Shown here: positions 1 to 10,312 of the stretch, one piece after another
Position numbering within the stretch: position 1 is the stretch's first letter
How the letters are laid out: every line of letters begins with the position of its first letter
Source: an uncultured Verrucomicrobiae bacterium
GTDB lineage: Bacteria > Verrucomicrobiota > Verrucomicrobiia > Chthoniobacterales > JAATET01
Reading direction: 5' to 3'
Length of the DNA: 64,000 bases
Assembly: GCA_963719495.1 (NCBI GenBank)
Contig: CAVRCI010000001.1
Coordinates: 128,001 to 192,000, forward strand
Notes under the pieces: generated by a model
The model's database searches: none
What the model saw: only the letters and a program-made list of their open reading frames with translations
Told to the model about the DNA's origin: nothing
Program-made: the position numbers and the translations under genes

Positions 1-1542
1 CCCCACGCTCACTTTTCCAAACGCCAAGCGCGCCTCGGCCAAATCCGACGCCTTGGCCAATTCATCCACCCCCGGAATCTCACCGCCTTCAACCTCCCCA
101 ATCGCCGCTCCAAACCCCCGGGCCGCCCCCGCCACCCCTACCAACGAATCCCCCGCCAACGCCCGCTGGATGACCAGATAATGCTCCAGCGCCTCCCGCA
201 GCGCCACTGTCCCCGCCGGTTCCAGCACGACCAACTCCCCCATCGCAGCCGCCCGCTCGACCACCGGTTCCTGCCCCGCCGCCGGCTCCCCCTTCAACAT
301 TTTCGCCAGCGCCTCCCGCATGTTCGCCTCGCTATCGAGCAGAAACTGCCCCGACGTCACCACCATCTCGCCCGACTCCAGGCCCGATAAAACTTCCACC
401 TCCGCGTCGCCGGTCACCAGCCCCGTCTCGACGTCCCGCGGCTCGAATCGCCCCTCGCCCAGACTCACGAACGCGACCGTCCGCTTGCCCGTATCGATCA
501 CCGCCGACCGCGGGACCAGCGTCGCCTCCGCCGCCATCCGGCTGCTCAGCTCCACGTTCGCAAACATCCCCGGCTTCAGCAGCCCCGTCGGATTGTCGAA
601 TTCCAACCGCACCCGCGCCTCGCGCGTCTTCGTGTCGAGATACGGATACACGTAGGCCACCCGCCCGGCGAAGACCTGACCCGGAACGTAGGGCAGCGAC
701 ATTTCGGCCGCCTGCCCCTCCGACAGAAACGGCAGCTGGTATTCGTAAACCGTCGCGATCACCCAGACCTCCGACAAATCCGCGATCCGGTAGACCTGCA
801 TCCCCGGATCCACCTTCATCCCCTCGTTCGCGTGCTTCTCGGTCACCACGCCCGTGAAAGGACTCGCGATCCGCAACGATTTCTCCGCTTTCCCCCGCTT
901 CGCCAGCGCGTCGATCTGCTCCGCCGACACGTCGAAATACTCCAGCCGTTTCCGCGCCGCATCGACCAGCGACCGATCCCCACCCCGCCGCGCGATGAGA
1001 AAATCCCGCTGCGCCGAATACAATTCCGGCGAGTAGATCGAAAACAACGGAGCCCCCGCCGCGACCCGCGAACCCAACGAATCGACGAAGATCTCCTCGA
1101 TCCAGCCCGAGATCTTCGTGTTCACGTCCCGCACCCGCTCCTCGTCGTATTCCACGATCCCGACCGTCCGGATCGTTTTCGTCAACGGTCCCTCCGTCAC
1201 CTCCGCGATCCGGACCCCCATGTTCTGCACGACCACCGGATTGATCACGATCTCGCCCGAAAACTTATCCGGATCCAGCGGCACCAGATCCATCCCGCAG
1301 ATCGGACACTGCCCCGGCTCGGGCTGCACGATCCAAGGATGCATCCCCGAGATCCAATACTGCGTCTCGCCATCGTCCTCGGCGGTCGGCGCCTCTCCGC
1401 AAGCAACCACCAAAAAACAAAAAACCGCCAGCCACCACCAGCCGAAGGCCCCCAACCCGGAGGGCGAGGCTCCCGCCGAGCCGTGGCTTCCACCCCAACG
1501 CCCCCAAAAACCCAATCCCCCGCAATCCACCATCATCTTCAT
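1..1542 (-). CDS. cusB: CusB-like heavy-metal efflux RND periplasmic adaptor subunit (3' end runs out of the window)
   Basis: Manual minus-strand translation gives YWISGMHPWIVQPEPGQCPICGMDLVP (heavy-metal-binding domain), then YSPELYSAQ, IADLSEVWV, LLKPGMFA and VVTSGQFLLDSE. The ATG at 1542 overlaps the tolC-like stop (ATGA). Absent from the ORF track because no stop lies in the window. Confidence 0.9.
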   Translation of the reverse strand, partial: MKMMVDCGGLGFWGRWGGSHGSAGASPSGLGAFGWWWLAVFCFLVVACGEAPTAEDDGETQYWISGMHPWIVQPEPGQCPICGMDLVPLDPDKFSGEIVINPVVVQNMGVRIAEVTEGPLTKTIRTVGIVEYDEERVRDVNTKISGWIEEIFVDSLGSRVAAGAPLFSIYSPELYSAQRDFLIARRGGDRSLVDAARKRLEYFDVSAEQIDALAKRGKAEKSLRIASPFTGVVTEKHANEGMKVDPGMQVYRIADLSEVWVIATVYEYQLPFLSEGQAAEMSLPYVPGQVFAGRVAYVYPYLDTKTREARVRLEFDNPTGLLKPGMFANVELSSRMAAEATLVPRSAVIDTGKRTVAFVSLGEGRFEPRDVETGLVTGDAEVEVLSGLESGEMVVTSGQFLLDSEANMREALAKMLKGEPAAGQEPVVERAAAMGELVVLEPAGTVALREALEHYLVIQRALAGDSLVGVAGAARGFGAAIGEVEGGEIPGVDELAKASDLAEARLAFGKVSVG

Positions 1543-2804
1543 TTCACACTCCTCCCCGCATCCAGCGGCTCACCAATCGCTCGTTCCAGATCCGCCACCG
1601 CCCGCAGATACCCCGCCGTCCGGTCAACCAAACCCAACTCCGCCGCCAGCGCCGCCCGCTGCACGTCCAACAAATCCGTCAATCCCACCGTCCCCGTCGC
1701 GAACCCCGACGTCACCGACTCCACCGCCAACCGCGCCCCCGGAATGATCTCCGCCGCGTAACGATCCCGCTGATCCCGCATCGCCCGCGCCATCGCGTAG
1801 GCCCCCTGCACGCTCGCGCTCACGTCCGCCGTGAGCTGCGCCTGTCGCGCCGCCGCCGACCCCAGCCGGGCGACCGCCGAGCGTTTCTGCGCGCCCAATT
1901 TGTCCCACCAGATCGGCACGTTCACCGCCACGGTCCCCATCACCGGATCGTTCCCAGTCTGCGGCGTGTTCCGGATCACCGTGCTCGCATCCACCACCGT
2001 GTAATCCAACCCGAACGTCACGTCCGGGTAATACTCCAGCGCCGCCGCCCGCACGCCCAGATCCTCCCGCGCCACCGCCGCCCGAGCCGCCTCCAGATCC
2101 TGATTCGTCCCGATCGACCGCCGCATCACCTCAGTCAGCGAAGGCAATTCCGGCAACTCGGGCTCCGCGTAGCGCCCCACCGCGGCCCCCGCCTCCACCT
2201 CGCCGCGCAACGCCGCCATCCGCGCCACCACCCCGGTCCGCTCCGCCTCGAGCTGCGACACCCGCACCGCCACCTCCTCCGCCGCCACCTGCGACCGAAT
2301 CACGTCCGCCAGCGAACCCCGATTCGTCTCCACCAAGCCCTCCGACGACTCCGCCGTCTGCCGAAACAACGCCTCCTGATCCCGCAACACGAGAATCGCC
2401 GCGTCCGCCCGATAAAGATCCGCCAACAAAGTCCGCCCCAACGCGAAGACGTCGCGCAGCGCCGCCCGATACTTCCAATACGCCACCCGCGCGTCCGCCG
2501 CCGACCCCGCCTTCGCCGTCCCCAATTTCCCCGGAAACGGAAGCTTCTGCGAAACCCCAAAGCGCTGCCGCATCGCCCCCGTCCGCGTTTGCACGCTCGT
2601 GAAATAATACCCGTAACTCACCACCGGATCCGGCAAAGAAGCCACCACCTCCGGCATCTCCGCCATCGCCTCCCAATCCAACCGCGCCGACTCCACACCC
2701 GGATTCGACGCAAGCACCTCCGAAAAAAACCGATCAGCCAACGGTTCGCCCGCTCGGGCCACGGATGCGGCCATCAAACACACAATGAAAAAACGGAAAT
2801 TCAA
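1539..2804 (-). CDS. TolC/CusC-family outer-membrane efflux protein
   Basis: ASLPDP, VSQKLPFPGKL, YYPDVTFGLDY and LTDLLDVQR motifs; directly upstream of cusB. Start is uncertain: TTG at 2804 gives the signal peptide MNFRFFIVCLMAASVARA, while the ORF track extends to 2930. Confidence 0.85.
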   Translation of the reverse strand: MNFRFFIVCLMAASVARAGEPLADRFFSEVLASNPGVESARLDWEAMAEMPEVVASLPDPVVSYGYYFTSVQTRTGAMRQRFGVSQKLPFPGKLGTAKAGSAADARVAYWKYRAALRDVFALGRTLLADLYRADAAILVLRDQEALFRQTAESSEGLVETNRGSLADVIRSQVAAEEVAVRVSQLEAERTGVVARMAALRGEVEAGAAVGRYAEPELPELPSLTEVMRRSIGTNQDLEAARAAVAREDLGVRAAALEYYPDVTFGLDYTVVDASTVIRNTPQTGNDPVMGTVAVNVPIWWDKLGAQKRSAVARLGSAAARQAQLTADVSASVQGAYAMARAMRDQRDRYAAEIIPGARLAVESVTSGFATGTVGLTDLLDVQRAALAAELGLVDRTAGYLRAVADLERAIGEPLDAGRSVK

Positions 2805-2962
2805 ACCACGGACGATGTGAGTGTAACGAACCCAAACCGAAAAACCCTCCGAGAACCCGACGGCCGTCGCCCGGTAACGTCCCGCCGCCCCCCCCACGCG
2901 CCACGATTTCCGCTGGCGAATCCCGACCACCCGGTCGAGACTCCAGACGGCTCTCCTCCCCG

Positions 2963-4417
2963 ATGATCCGCCGTCTCCTCATCCCCGTCCTCGTCTCCGG
3001 CATCGGACTCCACGCCGCGCCGCTGGACGACATCGGTGTGACCGCGCTCCGGTCCGAACACCCGGAGCTCACGGGGGCCGGAGTCACCGTCGGCGTGGCC
3101 GAAGCCGGTCCGTCGTATCAGGTCAATCCCGCCACGACCGGCCATCCCGCCTCGGATTTTCAGTATTACGACACCGACCACCCCTACGGCGGTGCCGGGC
3201 ACGTCTCCACCCCTTCCCTCCACTCGGGTCACGCCAACAGCGTTGCCGCGGCCTTTTTCAAGACCACCACCGGCGCGGCACCCGGCGTCCCAAAGATCGA
3301 GAACTTCGACGCCAGTTACTTCTTCAACCGAGTCGTTGCCCGCACGACGACGACACCGCAAGGCACCTTCTGGACGCCGATCGCCATCGATTCCCGCGTC
3401 GTGAATCAGAGTTTCATTTTCACCGGCACCACCGCCTCCGAAGAAGCGCAGGTCAACCGCTTCTACGACGCCTACGCCCGCCAGTTCAACGTCCTCTTCG
3501 TCAACGGCAGCGGCAACGGCGTCGCCGCCGACACCCCCGCCCCGGCATCCTCCTTTAACGGCATCGCCGTCGGTCGCCTCGACGGCAACCACGCCGGTCG
3601 CGTCCAACTCGTGGCTCCCGGCGGTGCCACCAGCTTCACCACTCCCTACGTCTCCGGGGTCGCCACCCTCCTCCAACAAGCCGCCGACCTCGGCCAGGCC
3701 AACGAAATCGACGCCGACCCGACCGACGCCCGCGTCACGAAGGTCCTGCTCCTCAACGGCGCGACGAAGCCGGAAACCTGGACTCAGACCGAAACCGATC
3801 CGCTCGACGCCACCTTCGGGGCGGGCCTCGTGAATGCCAAAAATTCCCACGACACCCTCGCCGCCGGTCAGCAACTTCCAACCCTCGCCACCAACCCCGC
3901 GCTCGGCACCGTCGACACTTCCACGTCTTTCGCCGGAACCACGCCCCTCGCTTCACTCCAGGGGTGGGACCTCCGCAACCTCACCGCATCCACCACCCAG
4001 GACGCCGCCCAACATTACTTTTTCGATCTCACCGGCGGCGGCCTCGTCGACTTCACCCTCACCGCCACCATCACCTGGTTCAGCCTGCCAAACCTCGCGG
4101 AGGGCACCAACGCGATCAGTAATTTCGACCTCCACCTCGTCGACGTCGACACCCAGACCGTCGCCCTTTCCAGCAGCGGCACGGGCGAAAATATCGAGCA
4201 CCTCTACGGCATCGGCCTCGCCGCCGCTCGCTACGATCTCCAGGTCGTTCTCCGCGGAGGATCCGGCGCCCCCGTTCCCACCGACTCGTATGCCCTCGCC
4301 TATTCCTTCGCTGAAATGGCCGTTACCGCCGTGCCCGAGAGTAAATTTTTCCTAGCGCTTCCCGTCATTCTCGCCGTCGTCATCGTCGGTCGACGGCGCC
4401 GAAAACCGATCGTTTGA
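2963..4417 (+). CDS. Secreted S8 subtilisin-like peptidase with PEP-CTERM-like sorting tail
   Basis: Signal peptide; LTGAGVTVGVAEAG, SGHANSVA, GSGNG (oxyanion Asn), TSFTTPYVSG (catalytic Ser) and FGAGLVN. C-terminus is VPES + hydrophobic helix + RRRRK. Confidence 0.85.
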   Translation: MIRRLLIPVLVSGIGLHAAPLDDIGVTALRSEHPELTGAGVTVGVAEAGPSYQVNPATTGHPASDFQYYDTDHPYGGAGHVSTPSLHSGHANSVAAAFFKTTTGAAPGVPKIENFDASYFFNRVVARTTTTPQGTFWTPIAIDSRVVNQSFIFTGTTASEEAQVNRFYDAYARQFNVLFVNGSGNGVAADTPAPASSFNGIAVGRLDGNHAGRVQLVAPGGATSFTTPYVSGVATLLQQAADLGQANEIDADPTDARVTKVLLLNGATKPETWTQTETDPLDATFGAGLVNAKNSHDTLAAGQQLPTLATNPALGTVDTSTSFAGTTPLASLQGWDLRNLTASTTQDAAQHYFFDLTGGGLVDFTLTATITWFSLPNLAEGTNAISNFDLHLVDVDTQTVALSSSGTGENIEHLYGIGLAAARYDLQVVLRGGSGAPVPTDSYALAYSFAEMAVTAVPESKFFLALPVILAVVIVGRRRRKPIV

Positions 4418-4554
4418 AGCCCGATCTCAGCCGTCGGAACGGCGAAAACTATCCCATCCTCTCCCTTTGCCGCGCCCGCTTCCGGTGCTACCGTCCGCGA
4501 CCCAATGCCGTATCGTTCGTATCTCCAAGTCCCCGCCCCGCGTAAAATCGGCCT

Positions 4555-6036
4555 GTGATAAATTCCGTCTCGATCATCGGCGCGGGGCCCGCCGGACTCA
4601 CCGCCGCCTACGCCCTCGGTAAGGAAAAGGTCCCCGTCACCGTCTTCGAAGCCGACCCCGAGTCCGTCGGAGGCATCTCGCGCACGGCGAAATACAAGGA
4701 CTTCTGCTTCGACATCGGCGGCCACCGGTTTTTCTCAAAAAGCCAGGAAATCGAGGACCTCTGGACCGAGCTTCTCCCGAACGATTTTCTCACCCGCCCG
4801 CGCTCGTCCCGCATCTACTACCGGGGTAAGTTTTTCTCCTACCCCCTCCGCCCGTTCGAAGCCTTCGTGAAGCTTGGCCCGTGGGAGTCGATGCTCTGCG
4901 GACTCTCCTACCTCCGCGCCCGACTTTTCCCGACCAGGAACCCCCGTAGCTTCGAGGAATGGGTCACCAATCAATTCGGCGCCCGCCTCTTCCGGATCTT
5001 CTTCAAGACCTACACCGAGAAGGTCTGGGGCATGAGCTGCTCCGAGATCTCCGCCGACTGGGCCGCCCAACGCATCAAGGGCTTGTCGCTGTCGAAGGCC
5101 GTTCTGAGTTCACTCAAACCCAAACGTCGCGGCGGCCCCGTCATCAAGACGCTCATCAATACCTTCCGCTACCCGCGAAAAGGCCCGGGTATGCTCTGGG
5201 AGGAGACCGCCCGCAAAGTCCAAGCCCAGGGCGGCACCGTCGAGATGGGAGCCAACGTCACTGGCTGCCGCTACGACGCGGACTCCGGCGAATGGGAGAC
5301 GTCCTTCCAACGAAACGGCGAGACCGCGACCGTCCGCTCGAAACACGTCATCTCCTCCACCCCGATCCGCCAGCTCGCTACCCTGCTCGATCCGCCACTC
5401 GCCACCCCCGCCGCCAAGGCCGCCGCCTCGCTCCGCTACCGCGACTTCCTCACCGTCGCCCTCGTCGCCCGCGAGCGCCGCCCCATCGCCGACAACTGGA
5501 TCTACATCCACGAACCCGGCGTCCAGGTCGGTCGCGTGCAGAACTTCAAATCCTGGTCACCCGAGATGGTCCCCAGCCCGGACCTCGCCTGCTACGGCCT
5601 CGAGTATTTCTGCTTCGAAGGAGATGGCCTCTGGACCACCTCCGACGAAGACCTCGTCGCCCTCGGTCGCCGCGAGCTCGTCCAACTCGGCATCGTCGAC
5701 GCCGAGGACATCCTCGACGGCACCGTCGTCCGCCAACCCAAGGCCTACCCGGTCTACGACGACAACTACGCCGCCGCCGTCCTAATCGTCCGCGACGAAC
5801 TCACCGCCCGCTACCCCAATCTCCACCTCGTCGGACGCAACGGCATGCACAAATACAACAACCAGGACCACTCCATGATGACGGCCCTGCTCTGCGCCAA
5901 GAACATCGTCGCCGACGAACCCCGCTTCGACCTCTGGGAAGTCAACGAAGACGCCGAATACCACGAAACCGAATCGACCGAGTCCAACGGAGCATCCGGC
6001 CTCCGCGCCGTCCCCCAAAAGCTCAATCCGGTTTGA
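4555..6036 (+). CDS. FAD-dependent oxidoreductase (HemY/UDP-galactopyranose-mutase-like family typical of glycosylation loci)
   Basis: [12 protein letters not shown]ossmann motif, [19 protein letters not shown] and [15 protein letters not shown]. Confidence 0.85.
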   Translation: MINSVSIIGAGPAGLTAAYALGKEKVPVTVFEADPESVGGISRTAKYKDFCFDIGGHRFFSKSQEIEDLWTELLPNDFLTRPRSSRIYYRGKFFSYPLRPFEAFVKLGPWESMLCGLSYLRARLFPTRNPRSFEEWVTNQFGARLFRIFFKTYTEKVWGMSCSEISADWAAQRIKGLSLSKAVLSSLKPKRRGGPVIKTLINTFRYPRKGPGMLWEETARKVQAQGGTVEMGANVTGCRYDADSGEWETSFQRNGETATVRSKHVISSTPIRQLATLLDPPLATPAAKAAASLRYRDFLTVALVARERRPIADNWIYIHEPGVQVGRVQNFKSWSPEMVPSPDLACYGLEYFCFEGDGLWTTSDEDLVALGRRELVQLGIVDAEDILDGTVVRQPKAYPVYDDNYAAAVLIVRDELTARYPNLHLVGRNGMHKYNNQDHSMMTALLCAKNIVADEPRFDLWEVNEDAEYHETESTESNGASGLRAVPQKLNPV

Positions 6037-6120
6037 ACCGCGGATGACGCGGAGCTCGCAGATGTTGAAATCCAACACGACGCATCTGTGTGATCCGCGC
6101 AATCCGCGTAATCCGCAGTC
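6036..6120. repeat. Imperfect inverted repeat built from ~9-mer units (CGCGGATGA / ATCCGCGTA)
   Basis: aaccgcggatgacgcggagctcgcagatg ... catctgtgtgatccgcgcaatccgcgtaatccgcag lies between two genes. Confidence 0.6.
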
Positions 6121-6138
6121 TCTCCCGTATTCCTCACC

Positions 6139-7728
6139 GTGACCATCCGCCGAACCGAACGAGCCGCGCTCGTCGTCATCGGCGCGCTTCTGCTCCTTCG
6201 TCTCGTCTCCGTGTTCACCCATGGCGTCGACTCCGACGAACCCCAGAACCTGCACGTCATCCACCGCTGGGCCGCCGGAGATCTTCCCTACCGCGACGTT
6301 TTCGACAACCACACCCCGCTGCTCCACTGGCTCTTCCTCCCCTTCGCCTGGATCGTCGGCGAGAACGCCAACGTCGTCGTCCTCGCCCGACTGACCCTCG
6401 TTCCACTCAGCTTCGGTGCCGTCGCGCTCATCTACCTCCTAAACCGCCGACTCTTCGACCGCCCCATCGCGCTCTGGGCGCTGGCCATCACCCTCGCCCT
6501 CGCCGACTGGTCGCTCAAGTCCATCGAACTCCGACCCGATGTCCTCTGGATGTTCCTCTGGTTCGCCGCGCTCCTCGCCCTCGTCCGACCCGACAAAACC
6601 CCACGCTTTTTCCTGGCCGGCCTCTTCCTCGGAGCCTCCGCCGCCGCCTCCGTCAAGACCGCCTTCCTGCTTCCCTCCCTCGCCATCGGGTGGGCCGGGG
6701 CGTGGGCGATCTCGGCGAACTTCCGCGCCGCCTATCCGTGGTCGGCGATTTTCCGCCACACGATCCTCGCCACGCTCGGCTTCGCGATCGTCCCAGCCAT
6801 CGTCGTCGGCTACTTCGCGTTCCAAGGCGCGATCGATGAGATGGTCTACTGCGTCTACGCGATCAACAAAGACCCGTTCATCACCGACCGCACTTGGATT
6901 TTTCTCGTCGGGCTCCCGGTCGCCGTCGGCCTCGCAGCACTCCTCGCCCGCTCCCGCACGCTCCGATCCGCCTATCAGGCCGCCGTTTTCCTCACCGCCG
7001 CCGCCTACACCCTCGCGATCATCGGATTCGGCCCCTACGAATCCCTCGCCAAACAGACCTTCCTCCCCGCCTACCCACTGCTCATCGCCGCCGCCTGCCA
7101 GCTCGCGATCGGCTTTCGTGCGTGGCGCGACTGGCAAGTCACCGCCGTCGCGGGTGCCACCTGCTTCGGCCTCACCGTCGCCCAGATCGCCGGCAGCCCA
7201 CCCTGGCGCGACGGCACCGCCGAGCAGCGTGAACTCCTCGCCACCGTCCTCACCCACACCCAGCCCGAAGACTTCGTCATGGACCTCAAAGGCGAAACCA
7301 TCTTCCGCCGCCGCCCCGTCCGCCTCGCCTACGTCGGCAACACCGTCCGCGAAATGGAAGCCGGCAACCTCACCGCCCCAAACCCGAAGCGGCTCACCGA
7401 AACCCAGACCGGCTACGCCATCGAACGCACGTCCAGCTTCCCACCGGCCATGCAGGATTTCCTCCGCGAGAACACGCTCTCCACCACCGGCGACATCCTC
7501 CGAGCCGCCGGGAAAATCCTCAAGCCATCCTTCGAGGAAGGCAAATGGATCGAACGCACCCCGATCGCCATCCCAGGCCAATACGTGATCGTCGAGAACG
7601 ACCAAATCACATCGACGATCGACATCCCCGCTCCCGGCCCCCAAGTCTTCGAATTCCCCGACCGCACCCAACGCTTCCTCTTCTGGCAACAAGCTTGGGA
7701 GTCCGGTCTCCGCCCCATCGGAGACTGA
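6139..7728 (+). CDS. Polytopic GT-C (ArnT/PMT-like) membrane glycosyltransferase
   Basis: DSDE motif after TM1, LPYRDVFDNHTPL, ELRPD and many hydrophobic segments. Confidence 0.75.
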   Translation: MTIRRTERAALVVIGALLLLRLVSVFTHGVDSDEPQNLHVIHRWAAGDLPYRDVFDNHTPLLHWLFLPFAWIVGENANVVVLARLTLVPLSFGAVALIYLLNRRLFDRPIALWALAITLALADWSLKSIELRPDVLWMFLWFAALLALVRPDKTPRFFLAGLFLGASAAASVKTAFLLPSLAIGWAGAWAISANFRAAYPWSAIFRHTILATLGFAIVPAIVVGYFAFQGAIDEMVYCVYAINKDPFITDRTWIFLVGLPVAVGLAALLARSRTLRSAYQAAVFLTAAAYTLAIIGFGPYESLAKQTFLPAYPLLIAAACQLAIGFRAWRDWQVTAVAGATCFGLTVAQIAGSPPWRDGTAEQRELLATVLTHTQPEDFVMDLKGETIFRRRPVRLAYVGNTVREMEAGNLTAPNPKRLTETQTGYAIERTSSFPPAMQDFLRENTLSTTGDILRAAGKILKPSFEEGKWIERTPIAIPGQYVIVENDQITSTIDIPAPGPQVFEFPDRTQRFLFWQQAWESGLRPIGD

Positions 7729-7748
7729 GCGCCAGCTTCCGAAAACTC

Positions 7749-8013
7749 TGTCATGCTGAGGACCCTGAGCACGCAAGCGAGCCAAGAAGCCGGGGATGAC
7801 AAATCAATGGCAGCAAAGCCCATTCTTTCAAATCTTTGCGACCTTTGCGGCCTTCTGTTCAAAGCCTCATTGGTATCCGTATTCCCCCTCGTTCTCTTCG
7901 TTCCCTTCTGTTCAAAACAGCCCATGTCATTGGCAGCGAAGCGAAGCATCTCTGGCCCGCAAAGCATCCCGCCCCCCCCGCCTGAGAAGCCAGAGATATT
8001 TCGCTTCGCTCAA
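7749..8013. repeat. Composite intergenic repeat, copy 1
   Basis: About 200 bp closely similar to 45515-45735 (cgcaagcgag..ccggggatgac..agcccattct..aaatctttgcgacctttgcggccttctgttcaaagcc..aaaacagcccatgtcat). Ends in the REP-like arm gagatatttcgcttcgctca. Confidence 0.85.
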
Positions 8014-8120
8014 TAAGACAGATCGAGTGGACGCCCCAGCGGAGCTCCGCCACCCGCCACTCCTCTCCCCACCCCATTTCTCATTCCCCATTTCCAATTC
8101 CTCATTTAATTAAAAATGCT

Positions 8121-9872
8121 GTGCTCGAACTCCAGGACGTTTCCCTCTTCGTCGGCCGCGGCGAATCCATCACTCCCATCCTCGCGGACGTCAGCCTCCA
8201 CCTCCCCCGGCAGCACTTCACCGCCGTGATCGGCCCCTCCGGCTGCGGCAAGAGCACCCTCCTGAAAATCGTTGCCGGCATCGCCGACGGCGACGAGGAG
8301 GGCCGCGTCATCTGGAACGACCGCGATCTCTCCGAAGAAGACTTCGCCCCGACCGAGATCGGTTACGTCCCCCAGTTCAGCATTGCCCACGAGGAACTCA
8401 CCGCCGCCGAATCCATCCTCGCCGCCGTCCGCCTCCGCCTCCGACCCACCCATCCCGGCCACCTCGAGGAAATCGCCGACGACACCCTCGCTGAAGTCGG
8501 ACTCACCGAATTCGCCGACCGCCGCGTCGGCGTTCTCTCCGGCGGTCAAAAGCGACGCCTCGCCCTCGCGATGGAGATCGCCTGCGCCCCCGCCATCCTC
8601 CTCTGCGACGAAGTCACCTCCGGCCTCGACGCCCAGGCCGAGGACGAAATCGTCCGCCTTATCCACGACCTCGCCACCCGCGACCGCCTCGTCCTCTCCG
8701 TCACCCACAGCCTCCGCCACCTCCACCTCTACGACTCCGTCATCGTCCTCGCCGAAGGGGCCGTCGCCTACCACGGCCGCCCAGCCGACCTCGCCCACTA
8801 CTTCCAGATCACCGACCCCGAGGAACTCTACGCCCGCCTCACCGTCCGAAAAGGCGAGGAATGGTCCCGCTCCTGGCGCAAACACCACACCCCCTACACC
8901 GAGGACCTCCTGAGCGAATTTGCCGAAGAAAATTCAGGCTCCCCAGAACCCACCGATCCACCGGAAGACGAGACCACCGCCCCCACCACTCACCACTCAC
9001 CAGTCACCAATCACCACCGCCCCAACGCGGCAGCGCAATTCACCACCCTCCTCGCCCGCCGACTCCGCATCTTCGCCCGCAGCCCCGGTCAGATCTTTCT
9101 CCAGCTCGGCCTCATCCTCGGCTTCCCCGTCCTGGTCGCCGTCTTCGCCTGGCACGGCCTCCCGCAAATCCAAAATCTCAGCCTCGGCCTCGAACCCGAC
9201 GCCACCCGCCAACTCCTCGAAGCCAACGCTTTCCTCGCTCAGGCCAGCAAGATCGGCAGCCTCGTCTCCGGCATCGTCATGTTTCAGGTCATCCTCCTCA
9301 CCCTCATGGGAGCCAACAATTCCGGCCGCGAAATCGCCGCCGAGCGCCTCATCTTCGAGAAGGAAAAACTCTCCGGCCTGCGAACCAGCAGCTACGTCGC
9401 CAGCAAAGCCGCCTTTTTGAGCCTCCTCGTCGCCGCGCAATCCCTCTGGATGGGCCTGTTCGTTCACTACGTCTGCGGCTTCCCCGGCGAACTCCTCCCC
9501 CAGCTTGGCTTCCTCCTTCTGGTCAACGCCGCCATGACCTCCATCTGCCTCGGCATCTCCGCCTGGATGCCCAACGCCGAGCAAGCCTCCCTCGTCAGCA
9601 TCTACCTCGTCGGTTTCCAGCTCCCCCTCTCCGGAGCCGTCCTCGCTCTCCCCGACGCCGTCGGCGAAGTCGTCCGCCCCTTCGTCTCCGCCTATTGGAG
9701 TTGGTCCGGCATCCTCCAGACGCTTCGCGGCGAGCGCTACTACGACATCGCCCAGATGGTCGTCCAAACCGCCCTCTCCCCCGCCGCCCTCTGCACCTGG
9801 ATCCTCACCGCCCACCTCGTCGGCGGCCTCTTCCTGGCCTACACTGGAGCCAAAGCCACCCGCATCCAATGA
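8121..9872 (+). CDS. ABCG-type half transporter (ATPase fused to ABC-2 permease)
   Basis: Walker A GPSGCGKS, signature LSGGQKRR, Walker B ILLCDEVTSGLD, H-loop VTH; REIAAERLIFEKE and about six C-terminal TM segments. Confidence 0.9.
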   Translation: MLELQDVSLFVGRGESITPILADVSLHLPRQHFTAVIGPSGCGKSTLLKIVAGIADGDEEGRVIWNDRDLSEEDFAPTEIGYVPQFSIAHEELTAAESILAAVRLRLRPTHPGHLEEIADDTLAEVGLTEFADRRVGVLSGGQKRRLALAMEIACAPAILLCDEVTSGLDAQAEDEIVRLIHDLATRDRLVLSVTHSLRHLHLYDSVIVLAEGAVAYHGRPADLAHYFQITDPEELYARLTVRKGEEWSRSWRKHHTPYTEDLLSEFAEENSGSPEPTDPPEDETTAPTTHHSPVTNHHRPNAAAQFTTLLARRLRIFARSPGQIFLQLGLILGFPVLVAVFAWHGLPQIQNLSLGLEPDATRQLLEANAFLAQASKIGSLVSGIVMFQVILLTLMGANNSGREIAAERLIFEKEKLSGLRTSSYVASKAAFLSLLVAAQSLWMGLFVHYVCGFPGELLPQLGFLLLVNAAMTSICLGISAWMPNAEQASLVSIYLVGFQLPLSGAVLALPDAVGEVVRPFVSAYWSWSGILQTLRGERYYDIAQMVVQTALSPAALCTWILTAHLVGGLFLAYTGAKATRIQ

Positions 9873-9875
9873 CAC

Positions 9876-9908
9876 CAATCCGAAATCCGAAATCCGAAAT
9901 CCGAAATT
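9876..9908 (+). repeat. Heptamer tandem repeat (AATCCGA)x4
   Basis: caatccgaaatccgaaatccgaaatccgaaatt fills the intergenic gap. Confidence 0.9.
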
Positions 9909-9910
9909 AG

Positions 9911-10312
9911 ATGTCCCGCCGGTCCCGCAAATCCATTCACCCCGCCTGGCTCCTCACCGGACTCATCGTCCTTGTCGTCGTCCTCTACCTCGGCACCACC
10001 CTCTTCTCCCGAACCGGCGATCCCTACCGCACCACGGCCCCACTCGCGGCCGCGGCCTACCTCGAAAATTCCAACAGCCTCCGCGGCAACGTCTACAAAC
10101 TCGAGGGCGAGATCCTCAACGTCCTCGGCTACAGCCCCGCCACCCAGGACCGCCTGATCTCCGTCCAGATCCAGGGTGAAGAAGACATCGTCCCGCTCGT
10201 CGTCCCCGGTAATCTCAGCCACGTCAACCTCCAGAAAGGCCAGAAATTCCACTTCGAAGTCCAGGTCGACCCCAAAGGAATCCTAAGAGCCCAAGCCCTA
10301 GCAAAATCATGA
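9911..10312 (+). CDS. Membrane-anchored hypothetical protein, probable OB fold
   Basis: N-terminal TM followed by beta-rich LRGNVYKLEGEI...LQKGQKFHFEVQV; host-like codon usage; stop overlaps the next start (ATGA). Confidence 0.65.
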   Translation: MSRRSRKSIHPAWLLTGLIVLVVVLYLGTTLFSRTGDPYRTTAPLAAAAYLENSNSLRGNVYKLEGEILNVLGYSPATQDRLISVQIQGEEDIVPLVVPGNLSHVNLQKGQKFHFEVQVDPKGILRAQALAKS

